The notes under the pieces: generated by a model
Seen by the model: only the letters and a program-made list of their open reading frames with translations
Told to the model about the DNA's origin: nothing
Databases searched by the model: none
NCBI GenBank assembly: GCA_964016885.1
Contig: OZ024757.1
Coordinates: 30,814,001 to 30,878,000 of the forward strand
Source of the DNA: Eledone cirrhosa
Taxonomy: Eukaryota
Direction: 5' to 3'
Length of the DNA: 64,000 nt
Shown here: in pieces, positions 52,926 through 64,000 of the stretch
How the letters are laid out: each line of letters opens with the position of its first letter
Position numbering within the stretch: the stretch's first letter is position 1
Program-made: the position numbers and the translations under genes

Positions 52926-54529
52926 AAGCCAAAAATCGAACATATGTGCCAGACAGTCCTGTGACTAATCTAGCCTCAGTATGGGTCAACCCGTCCAGCC
53001 CATGCAAATATAGAAAACAGACATTACAATGATGATGATGATGATGATGGGTGAGATAAAGACAAGGTTTAATCCTCTGGAAAATTGTAATGTGTAGTAC
53101 AATAACTCATGTCAGATGATGAAACATTTAACGACGTTTTCCTGTAATTAATTGTTTGGCTTTATCATATAGATTTAATTAATTACAGAGATTTAATTAT
53201 GATAGAAACTACCATGAATACAATAGATGAAACATGCTGGGTTTAAATGTAGTGTATAGTAGTATGTACTGTGTTGTGTAGTGTGTAGTGTGTAACATTG
53301 TGTAGTGTGTACTGTGTTTTGTAGTGTGTAGTGTTGTGTAGTGTGTAGTGAGTAACTTTGTTTAGTGTTGTGTACTGTAGTGTGTGGTGTGTAATGTTGT
53401 GTAGTGTGTACTGTGTTGTGTAGTGTGTACTGTTGTGCAGTGTGTAACTTTGTTTAGTGTTGTGTACCCAGTTGTGTAGTGTTTAGTGTGTAGTGTTGTG
53501 TAGTGTGTACTGTGTTGTGTGTAACATTGTGTTGTGTTGTATAGTGTTTAGTGTGTAACATTTTGTAGTGTGTACTGTGTTGTGTAGTGTGTACTACGTT
53601 GTGTGTAATATTGTGTAGTGTTTAGTGTGTACTGTTGTGTAGTGTAGTGTTTAGTGTGTAACATTGTGTAGTGTGTAACGTTTTGTAGTGTAGTGTGTAA
53701 CATTGTGTAGTGTGTACTGTGTAGTGTGTAATGTTGCTTTGTGTGTAATGTTGTGTAGTGTGTAGTGCTTAGTGTGTAATGTTGTTTAGTCTGTAGTACG
53801 TAATGTATTGTTTAGTGTGTAGTATGTAGTATATAGTATTTTGATTTAGTCTGTAGTATGTTGTGTACTGTTTAGTGTTTAATGTGTAATGTTTGTGTGT
53901 AGTATGAAATGTTGAGTGTTTAATGTTTAGTGTGTGTGTGGTGTGTATGTACATGCATGTGTGTGTGTATATGCATGTGTGTGTCAGTGTGCACATGCAT
54001 GTATGTGTGTGTGTGTGTACATGCATGTATGTATCTGTGTGTACATACGCACATGCATGCATATATGCATACATGTGTGTGTACATACATGCATGTACGT
54101 GTGTGTACATGCATGCATGTACATGCATATGTGTGTGTGTACATGCATGTATGTGTGTGTACATGTGTGTGTGTGTGTGTGTATACACATACAAGCATGT
54201 GCGTGTATATACACATACAAGCAGGTGTGTGTATATACACATACAAGCATGTATGTATATATGTTTGTGTGTGTTGTGCTATATTCTATAGTAAATTAAT
54301 GGATTTAAACATCTGTGTGGAAACGGCAAAAATAAATGGGTTAATGGCTAGATTATAACGTCAATATCTTGTCAGTTGTAGACATTAATACTTTGGTAAT
54401 AATCTCTTCCAACTCATAGCAAAAATACCCTAATTTTTAGCTCTTCTGTTCAAAACCTACATTATTACCAGTCAGGAAGCAAGCAAAGCTGACTTGGTTT
54501 AATCCTATAGCATTTACATTACTCTATAT

Positions 54530-55420
54530 TTGTGAAGGCCCATGGCTTAGTGGTTAGAGCATTGGGCTTGCAATCAGAAGGTTGTGAGTTTGATTCTCAG
54601 ACCGGGTGATGTGTTGTGTCTTTGAGCAAGACTCTTTATTTCACGTTGCTCCGGTTTACTCAGCTGTAGAAATGAGATGATAAGACTGGGGTTCCTCTCA
54701 TTAAATCACCCAAGACACTGCCAACGAGATATACATTGGAGGGGGCTAGTTAAACCTGCACAGGTGTGAGCTGTAACAACAACAATAACAAAAAACAACA
54801 TATTTGTGAAGGCGTATGGCTTAGTGGTTAGAGCATTGGGCTTGCAATCTGAAGGTTGTGAGTTTGATTCTCAGACCGGGTGATGAGTTGTGTCCTTGAG
54901 CAAGACATTTTATTTTTTACATTGCTCTAGTTTACTCAGCTGTAGAAATGAGTTGCAATGTCACTGGTGTCAAGCTGTATCGGCCATAGCTTTTCCCTTT
55001 GACATCATCGGACTTGTGCCTTTGAGGGAAACTTTCTAGGGTCAAATCTCATGGTCATTCATGACCGAAGGGGGTCTTTATCCTTTACCCTACCAACTCA
55101 TAGTAAAATACCCTCCTTTTAGCTCTTCTGTTAAAAAACTAGATTATCACCAGTCAGGAAGCAAGCAAAGCTGACTTGGTTTAACCCTATAGCATTTACA
55201 TTACTCTATATTTGTGAAGGCCCATGGCTTAGTGGTTAGAGCATTGGGCTTGCAATGGAAAGGTTGTGAGTTTGATTCTCAGACTGGGGGATGCGTTGTG
55301 TCCTTGAGCAACACACTTTATTTCATGTTGCTTCAGTTAACTCAGCTGTATATATGAGTTGTGATGTCACTGGTGCTAAGCTGTATCGGTCATTGCCTTT
55401 CCCTTGGACAACATCGGTGC
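54530..55420 (+). mobile_element. Three tRNA/CORE-like SINE copies (about 54530-54700, 54804-55090, 55212-55420)
   Basis: Each starts TGTGAAGGC..TGGCTTAGTGGTTAGAGCATTGGGCTTGCAAT..GAGTTTGATTCTC. Confidence 0.85.
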
Positions 55421-55448
55421 CGTGGAAAGCAAGCAAAGCTAACTTAGT

Positions 55449-55656
55449 TTATCCCTTTAGCATTTACATTACTCTATATTTACTATTAGATTTTCACGGT
55501 AAAAACTTTATCTTACATAATATCGAATCTATGAGATTTTGATGTTATTTATGTTGAGAACAATACCTTAACATCTGTATAAGTGGCCAGTTATGGCTGG
55601 TTTGAACTGAAAGAGGTGAGAGAATTCTGGCCAGATACAGCCGGTTAAAAGGTTAA
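55449..55656. mobile_element. piggyBac-type MITE
   Basis: CCCTTTAGCATTTACATT start; body shared with the 16755 copy; ends AAAGGTTAA. Confidence 0.75.
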
Positions 55657-56094
55657 ACAGCAAAGCATTCATTATGTTTACTAGCAGAAAAACCACCCTA
55701 CGGATGGTTTTCTGCTAGCATGTGTAGTGTGTATATTGATATTATACACAAATATATATGCATGTAAATATGATATATCAAATAAAATCGTAATTGACAA
55801 TATACACAGAAATTGAACAAAGACTGTATTACACTGTCTTCTGTAATCAGTAATCCATGATATATTAAAAAAAAAGATGACATTACATATTAACTGCATT
55901 AGGAGAAAATTAGCGACGGAAATATATGCGATTATAAGTGTTATAATATAAATCTATATCCTGATTCTTTTTTAATTGAGTTCGAATTATTTTTCCCATA
56001 TCTTATGTTAACTATTTTCCCATTTTGACGCTATAGTCACTTATATATTATGGAATACTGTTAGCTTCTCACTACAACAATTTCTATACTTTTC

Positions 56095-56139
<45 letters not shown>

Positions 56140-56148
<9 letters not shown>

Positions 56149-56621
56149 AGATCAAAAGATGGTTAAAGGAGTTCCATGTATTTTATTATGCGCATTTCAA
56201 AAACAAACATCATCATGCAATAATATTTGTGTTTTCATCAGATAAAACAGGAGGACATGATATGAAGGCTAAAAAACACTTGTGGATAGTGCAGTTTTAA
56301 ATCAACATATGAAAAGTAATTTTAGATTGATGTGTGATATTGGGAAAAATATTTTGTTTAGAGAGGGGGGGGTGATTTAAAACTGCACTATCCACAAGTG
56401 TTTTTTAGCCTTCATATCATGTCCTCCTGTTTTATCTGATGAAAACACAAATATTATTGCATGATGATGTTTGTTTTTGAAATGCGCATAATAAAATACA
56501 TGGAACTCCTTTAACCATCTTTTGATCTTATATATTATGTATACTCCAGTCCTACAAACTGTAGAGTGCTTCTTATCCGATATCTGCATTGCTTTATTGT
56601 ACTACAATAAAACTCACCTCC

Positions 56622-56625
<4 letters not shown>
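56140..56625 (+). mobile_element. Family C Penelope-like element, second copy; HHRs at 56179-56249 (-) and 56428-56498 (+)
   Basis: Near-identical to 3015-3436 but with a spacer of about 70 nt between the arms. Confidence 0.85.
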
Positions 56626-56707
<82 letters not shown>

Positions 56708-56962
56708 GGTATATATAATAAATGGAGGAGAAGGTAATACATTTAAAAACAAAATTTTAAATGTATTGCCTTCTCATTCCATTTATTCTTTCTTATACCT
56801 GCTCTGCTTGCCTTCTGTGCTTAACTCTAATTAAATATTAACCTTACTATAATATTTAACATTGCACCTCTAATCATTAAGTACACTTCGTCTTGGCTAT
56901 TGGTATCTAATGGTATATCATAGTTCCTTCTCTTCTACTCTTATGATATATGTTTTTTCTTC

Positions 56963-57083
<121 letters not shown>

Positions 57084-57100
57084 TCACACATACACACACG

Positions 57101-57131
<31 letters not shown>

Positions 57132-57151
57132 ATATATTTATATATATATAT

Positions 57152-57560
57152 AAGCAGAAGGGATATTCAATTTGTTGGTAATTCAACAAATATAAATGTT
57201 TATAACTGATTCAGAGCACTCGACAAGTTTTCTGGAGTATAATATTCAATGATATTAAATAAATGGAAACTATATTTATAAAACCATATTTATTCTATTA
57301 TATATATTTCAAGGGTACCAAAACTTTGGTACGCTTTCATCAGATAAAATAAAATACGAAGTGTGTTTTATAAATATTGACTATCCAAGGAAAACTACAA
57401 CCGTTAAGGTATTTTTCTTGGTTATGTCAAAATTTATAAAACACACTTCGTATTTTATTTTATCTGATGAAAGCGTACCAAAGTTTTGGTACCCTTGAAA
57501 TATATATAATAGAATAAATATGGTTTTATAAATATAGTTTCCATTTATTTAATATCATTG
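57152..57560 (-). mobile_element. Family F Penelope-like element; HHRs at 57291-57351 (-) and 57456-57516 (+)
   Basis: Inverted arms; TATTTTAT-CTGATGA-AAGcGTACCAAA..TTTGGTACcCTT-GAAA-TATATA-TA-ATAGAATA. Confidence 0.85.
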
Positions 57561-57657
57561 TATATATATATATATATATATATGTTCCGAAGAGATTGTT
57601 TTGGTAAAAGCAGGAGAAAGCTCTCAACGTTTGTAGTTACGATGGAGATTCAGTATA

Positions 57658-57850
57658 ATAATTGTTTCTACTTTTGGCACAAGACCAGCAATTATCCCAG
57701 TGTATTACTGGTACTTTATTTTATCGATCTCCGTAAGGATGAAAGTCAAAGTTAACCCTGGCGGGATTTGAACCCAGACCGTAAAGGGCCGTAACTCTAT
57801 GCGTCAAAGCATGGCGTCCAACCCTCTACTGATACTGCCAATCCACCGCC
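57658..57850 (-). mobile_element. Nin/Deu-like SINE with probable TSD GATTCAGTATAATA/TATTCAGTATAATA
   Basis: Family match; ATTCAGTATAATA appears on both sides (about 57648 and 57858). Confidence 0.8.
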
Positions 57851-58211
57851 TGTTGATATTCAGTATAATAATAACATTAAGAAAGATGCTGATGTTACAT
57901 AAATCGTTTATTCATAATAATTATTCATAATAATTAAATTAAATTCCTTTATATATGACTAACGCATGTACTATCTCTCTAATTTAATTATTAGACTATT
58001 CTCTTGTATTATCTGTATTATCTGACGCATGTATTCCACCCTATGAGTTTAATTTTAATTTTAATTATTGTACAATTCTCGTATAATATAATATATGTCG
58101 CATGTATTATATTCCACACTGTAAACATGAAACTGTTGTCCACAACATCAATATATATGTATCTGTATGATTCTTCAGTTGAATAGGAGGTTAATTATAT
58201 GTACAAACAAT

Positions 58212-58561
58212 GGAGGCACATGGCTTAGTGGTTAGAGCATTGGCCTTGCAATCGAAAGGTTGTGAGTTCAATTCTCAGACCGGGTGATGGTGTTGTTTCC
58301 TTGAGCAAGACACTTTATTTCACATTGCTCCAGTTTACTCAGCTGTAGAAATGAGATGATAGGGACTGGGGTCCCTATCATTCCACTGCAAAGTGGTCGT
58401 GGGGGTGCCACGGCAAAAAAAGCACCCAGCACTCACTGTAAATGAGGTTGGTGTTAGGAAGGGCATCCAGCTGTAGAAATCAAGCCAGAATCAGTTCCCG
58501 TCCCACCCTTGCAAGCAGGGAAAAAGCGGACGTAAAATGATGACGATGATGATGATGATGA
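58212..58561 (+). mobile_element. Full-length tRNA-derived SINE: A/B boxes, CORE-like domain, RTE-derived tail, (GAT)n
   Basis: TGGCTTAGTGG at 58221; GTTCAATTC; tail CCCGTCCCACCCTTGCAAGCAGGGAAAA..GACGTA..GATGATG. Confidence 0.9.
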
Positions 58562-58569
58562 TTGATAAT

Positions 58570-58614
58570 GCTCCGAAGACTCCAAGCCTAAGTTTGGAAG
58601 AAACAATTGTCAGC
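58570..58614 (+). ncRNA. Mutated hammerhead ribozyme (family I, U4->C)
   Basis: GCT-CCGAAGA-cTCCAAGC ctaa GTTTGGAa-GAAA-CAATTG-TC-AGC; decayed relative at about 21755-21815. Confidence 0.6.
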
Positions 58615-58902
58615 GATTAAATGTTTTAAACATAACTTTGATACTTGTGTATTCTATATATATATATATATATATAGATAGAAATATATAGTAATTGTTT
58701 CTACTTTTGGCACAAGATATAGTAATAATAATAAATTTGAAGACTAAAATCCAAAGTATCGTCTTCCTGTCTTCCTCCGGTTGCAACGTTTTTTGAAATA
58801 TTCACTTCTGCGTTCACAGATTGACTTTGTTAGTTTCAGAAGATCCCGTTAAGGGTGAAAGCAGCGATTCTTTGCTTAAACTTTAATCTGTTATTTTAAT
58901 AA

Positions 58903-58954
<52 letters not shown>

Positions 58955-59511
58955 TTGTTTTAATTGTAGCAGTTGTTGATATTGTTGTAATTGTAGTTGT
59001 TGTAGTAGTAGTTTATATTTGTTACAGTTGTTGTTGTTATAGTAGCAGTAGCCGCAGCAGTAGTAGTAGTAGTAGTAATAGTATTTATAGTAGTAGTAGT
59101 AATAGTATTTATAGTAGTATTAATAATAGTATTTGTAGTAGTTGTAGCAGTAGTAGCAGCAGCAGTAGTTATATTTGTTGTTTTAGTTGTAGCAGTAGTT
59201 GTTGTTTTAGTAGTAGTAGTATTTGTTGTAGTAGTAGTAGTAGTAGTAGTTACAGTTGTGATAGTAGTAGTAGTAGTTGTTGTTGTTTGTTACAGTTGTT
59301 GTAGTTGTTACAGTAGTAGTAGTATTTGTTGTTGTTGTAGTTGTTGCAATAATAGTTGTATTTGTTGTTGTTGTAGTTGTTGCAATAATAGTTGTATTTG
59401 TTGTTGTTGTAGTTGTTATCGTAATCATTAGTGATGACATAATTATCGTGATCAGAATTTCACTTCTGTTCAGGAGAAACAAGGAGATATTTAAATAGTG
59501 AAACCATTAAT

Positions 59512-61265
59512 TAGAGAGAGAGAGTGTGTGAGAGAGGTAGATAGAGAGATAGTGTGTGAGTGAGAGGTAGATAGAGAGATAGTGTGTGTGAGAGAGGTAG
59601 ATAGAGAGATAGTGTGTGTGAGAGAGGTAGATAGATAGAGAGATAGTGTGTGAGAGAGGTAGATAGAGAGATAGTGTGTGTGAGAGAGGTAGATAGATAG
59701 AGAGATAGTGTGTGAGAGAGGTAGATAGAGAGATAGTGTGTGTGAGAGGTAGATAGAGAGAGAGAGAGTGTGTGTGAGAGGTAGATAGAGAGATAGTGTG
59801 TGAGAGAGGTAGATAGAGAGATAGTGTGTGAGAGAGGTAGATAGAGAGATAGTGTGTGAGAGAGGTAGATAGAGAGATAGTGTGTGTGAGAGGTAGATAG
59901 AGAGAGAGAGAGTGTGTGTGAGAGGTAGATAGAGAGATAGTGTGTGAGAGGTAGATAGAGAGATAGTGTGTGTGAGAGAGGTAGATAGATAGAGAGATAG
60001 TGTGTGAGAGAGGTAGATAGAGAGATAGTGTGTGTGAGAGGTAGATAGAGAGAGAGTGTGTGTGAGAGGTAGATAGAGAGATAGTGTGTGAGAGAGGTAG
60101 ATAGAGAGATAGTGTGTGAGAGAGGTAGATAGAGAGATAGTGTGTGAGAGAGGTAGATAGAGAGATAGTGTGTGTGTGAGAGGTAGATAGAGAGATAGTG
60201 TGTGTGAGAGAGGTAGATAGAGAGATAGTGTGTGAGAGAGGTAGATAGAGAGATAGTGTGTGTGTGAGAGGTAGATAGAGAGATAGTGTGTGTGAGAGAG
60301 GTAGATAGAGAGATAGTGTGTGTGAGAGAGGTAGATAGAGAGATAGTGTGTGAGAGAGGTAGATAGAGAGATAGTGTGTGTGAGAGGTAGATAGAGAGAT
60401 AGTGTGTGTGTGAGAGGTAGATAGAGAGATAGTGTGTGTGTGAGAGGTAGATAGAGAGAGAGTGTGTGAGAGGTAGATAGAGAGAGAGTGTGTGTGAGAG
60501 GTAGATAGAGAGATAGTGTGTGAGAGAGGTAGATAGAGAGAGAGATAGTGTGTGTGTGAGGTAGATAGAGAGATAGTGTGTGTGTGAGAGAGGTAGATAG
60601 AGAGATAGTGTGTGTGTGAGAGGTAGATAGAGAGATAGTGTGTGTGAGAGAGGTAGATAGAGGGATAGTGTGTGTGAGAGAGGTAGATAGAGAGATAGTG
60701 TATGTGAGAGAGGTAGATAGAGAGATAGTGTGTGTGAGAGGTAGATAGAGAGATAGTGTGTGAGAGAGGTAGGTAGAGAGATAGTGTGTGTGAGAGAGGT
60801 AGATAGAGAGATAGTGTGTGTGAGAGGTAGATAGAGAGATAGTGTGTGTGAGAGGTAGATAGAGAGAGTGTGTGTGAGAGAGGTAGATAGAGAGATAGTG
60901 TGTGTGTGAGAGGTAGATAGATAGAGAGATAGTGTGTGTGTGAGAGGTAGATAGAGAGATAGTGTGTGTGAGAGAGGTAGATAGAGGGATAGTGTGTGTG
61001 AGAGAGGTAGATAGAGAGATAGTGTATGTGAGAGAGGTAGATAGAGAGATAGTGTGTGAGAGAGGTAGATAGAGAGATAGTGTGTGTGAGAGGTAGATAG
61101 AGAGATAGTGTGTGTGTGAGAGGTAGATAGAGAGATAGTGTGTGTGAGAGAGGTAGATAGAGAGATAGTGTGTGTGAGAGAGGTAGATAGAGAGATAGTG
61201 TGTGTGAGAGGTAGATAGAGAGATAGTGTGTGAGAGAGAGATAGTAGGTAAAGAGAGGGAGAGAT
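59512..61265. repeat. About 28-32-bp GA/GT minisatellite
   Basis: Unit GAGAGGTAGATAGAGAGATAGTGTGTGT. Confidence 0.95.
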
Positions 61266-61338
61266 AGAGAGAGTGGAGAGAAATGAGAGCAAGTGTGGGG
61301 AGACAGTGGAGAGGGAAGGGAGAGTGGGGAGAGAGAGG

Positions 61339-61388
<50 letters not shown>

Positions 61389-61673
61389 GGCGGAGAGAGA
61401 GAAGTTTGTGAATTGTACAGGTGAGATGACTGGCATTGCACTGTTCACAGCTGCTTCACATACACACACAGGTACACACATCCCACCCACTACATACACA
61501 CACACATACACCCCACTACATACACACACGCATCCCACCCACTACATACACACACACATCCCACCCACTACATACACACACACATACACCCCACTACATA
61601 CACACACACATCCCACCCACTACATACACACACACATACACCCCACTACATACACACACACATACACCCCACT

Positions 61674-61704
<31 letters not shown>

Positions 61705-61763
61705 GAGACCCAATCACCCATACTTACCCTTATACACATTCATATATATATATATATATACAC

Positions 61764-61811
<48 letters not shown>

Positions 61812-61942
61812 GTATATATATATACACATATATATATATATACATATATATATATACATATATATATATATATGTATATATATATACACATATATATATA
61901 TATACATATATATATATACATATATATTTATATATACATAAC

Positions 61943-61973
<31 letters not shown>

Positions 61974-62062
61974 CATGTATATATATATACATATATACAT
62001 ATATATACATATATACATATATATACATATATATATATACATATATATACATACATATATAC

Positions 62063-62121
<59 letters not shown>

Positions 62122-62785
62122 TATACATATATATATATACACACATCATGAAATGCATGAGAAGGGAAAAATGACAAAAAAAAACATTGAAATGAAATAA
62201 AAAGCCTAAGAGAGAGATCTTAGAATTTTTGAAGTTGAAATATATGTTGAGACGATTTGATTGGTCGAATTGAAATAGTCAATCGGTTAAGACGAAAGGA
62301 AATATATGATTTTTATATATTTCTTTTGATGATACATACACACACACACACATATATCTATATATATATGTGTGTGCGTATGTGTGTGTGTGTATATATA
62401 TACATATGTATATATATGTCCATACACATATATATAGTTATATCTGAACATACATATATATATATATCTATATATATGTATTTATGTATGTATGTACGTA
62501 TATGTATATATGTATATGTATGTACTCATATATGTATATATGTATGTATATATATATATATATGTATGTATGTGTCTATATATGTGTGTGTGTGTATATG
62601 TGTGTGTGCATATATATATATGTATATATATGTGTATATATACATATGTATATATATATGTGTGTATGTATGTGTATATACATATATACATACATATATA
62701 TGTGTATGTATGTGTATATACATATACACATACCTATATGTATGTGTATATATATATATACATATATGTATGTATGTGTATAAAG

Positions 62786-62824
<39 letters not shown>

Positions 62825-63299
62825 TATAACTCTATATATTTTTAATGCTTTTAATGAAAATACATATAATTTTTTAAAAACGAAAACAAGTAAAAAAAAA
62901 TTTCTAAATAATTTTATTAGCGTAAGATGATAAGAAAAAAAAAATGTTTCTTTGGTTTTTATTGTTGCTTTTTTTGTTTTGTATTTTGGTTTGTTTTTTA
63001 AATCAATCAAAAGTGAAGTTTGAGAGGGGGAGAGAGCTAGAGGGGTGGGAGAGAGCTAGAGGGGTGGGAGAGAGAGAGGAAGAGAGATGAAGGAAGGAAG
63101 GAAAAAAGGAAGGATGAAAGAAAAAAATAAAGTTCAAGGAAAGAAAAAGCAGAAAAAACCCAGAAAATGAATGAGAGAGAGAGAAAGGATGAAAAGTATG
63201 TAGGTGGGTAGAGACAGACAGACAGACTGACTGACAGATACGTAGGTAGGTGGATAGATGGATAACTTGCTGGGTAGAGACACAGACAGATAGATAAGT

Positions 63300-64000
63300 T
63301 TCTATTTATTGCTACAAGGGCACAAAAGAAGGGGACAAATACAAGGAGGGGGGGGGGTAGTTTACACAAAAGAACGAGTAAAAAACATAAAAAATATGAA
63401 ATTAACAATAAAGTCCTCAATAGGAAGGAATCGTTTTTGGAGGTTGCACACACCCCCAAAAGAGTGTGCAACCCTTCTCCTCAGGAGCACAGAGAGAGGG
63501 TGCTCCCTTGTTCTTCCATCTTTTTCACCTACAGGCTGATGTAGAGAGAAGGCCCATTCACACGGGCCATTCTCGCCACTTTCACCCACCTTTCATAGAA
63601 ACGGCTGGGGTACAGCACCTCTCTCTCCATCCTGATCCTTCTTCCGAAATGATATTGGAAGAAAAGGACCAGTTGTTGGCCGGAGAAAAAGGTGTCCGAC
63701 CTCAGCCCTTTCAAACGCGACCACCATACAACCTCTTTCACCATGGCTATTATGCACAGAAACACCGCCTCTCCTTCATTTTTGAAGGGGGGGGGGGAGG
63801 CGGCTTGATCGTTATAATGGACTCGGTGGTCAACCGGATTGGTCCCAACCATGCCAGCAGTTGTTCGACATAGCCCCACAGATTGGCGACGCCCGGGCAG
63901 TGTACCAATGCATGCGTGATGGTTTCCTCGTCGCGCACGCATCTGGGACAGATCTTTTTCAAGAGCTCCCTACTCAGGCGCCTGTGTCTGTAGAGCTTTG
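63300..64000 (-). mobile_element. L1/Tx1-like LINE 3' end (CCHC zinc knuckle, C-terminus, 3' UTR); continues beyond the window
   Basis: CPRCVRDEETITHALVHC (C-x2-C..ET..H..C), frameshift at the G run near 63790, then KEVVWWSRLKGL...; AATAAA near 63305. Confidence 0.85.

Noticed and set aside
58212-58290. tRNA gene
   Set aside because: A and B boxes are present but continue directly into a multicopy SINE body, with no convincing acceptor stem.

Overview
Eukaryotic, very AT- and microsatellite-rich DNA. The repeat landscape (tRNA-derived SINEs, RTE fragments, huge TA/CA/CAT tracts) resembles octopus/coleoid cephalopod genomes; this taxonomic call is an inference. I can support only one host coding exon: a 234-nt minus-strand exon (18354-18587) of an RHBDL3-like rhomboid protease. 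If it is internal, the rest of the window is two very long introns. Those introns hold SINEs, RTE, R4/Dong and L1/Tx1 LINE fragments, piggyBac- and pogo-type MITEs and TE-derived tandem arrays. The main finding, read by eye, is about 19 type I hammerhead ribozyme (HHR) motifs (17 with an intact CUGANGA...GAAA...UH core) plus several half-motifs, in about 10 sequence families. They sit in short non-coding Penelope-like (pLTR-type) elements, mostly inserted in (TA)n tracts and often arranged as long inverted duplications carrying one ribozyme per strand. One motif (1832-1911) has unusual 8-bp complementarity between loop II and loop III. No folding, homology search or activity assay was run, and repeat boundaries are approximate.
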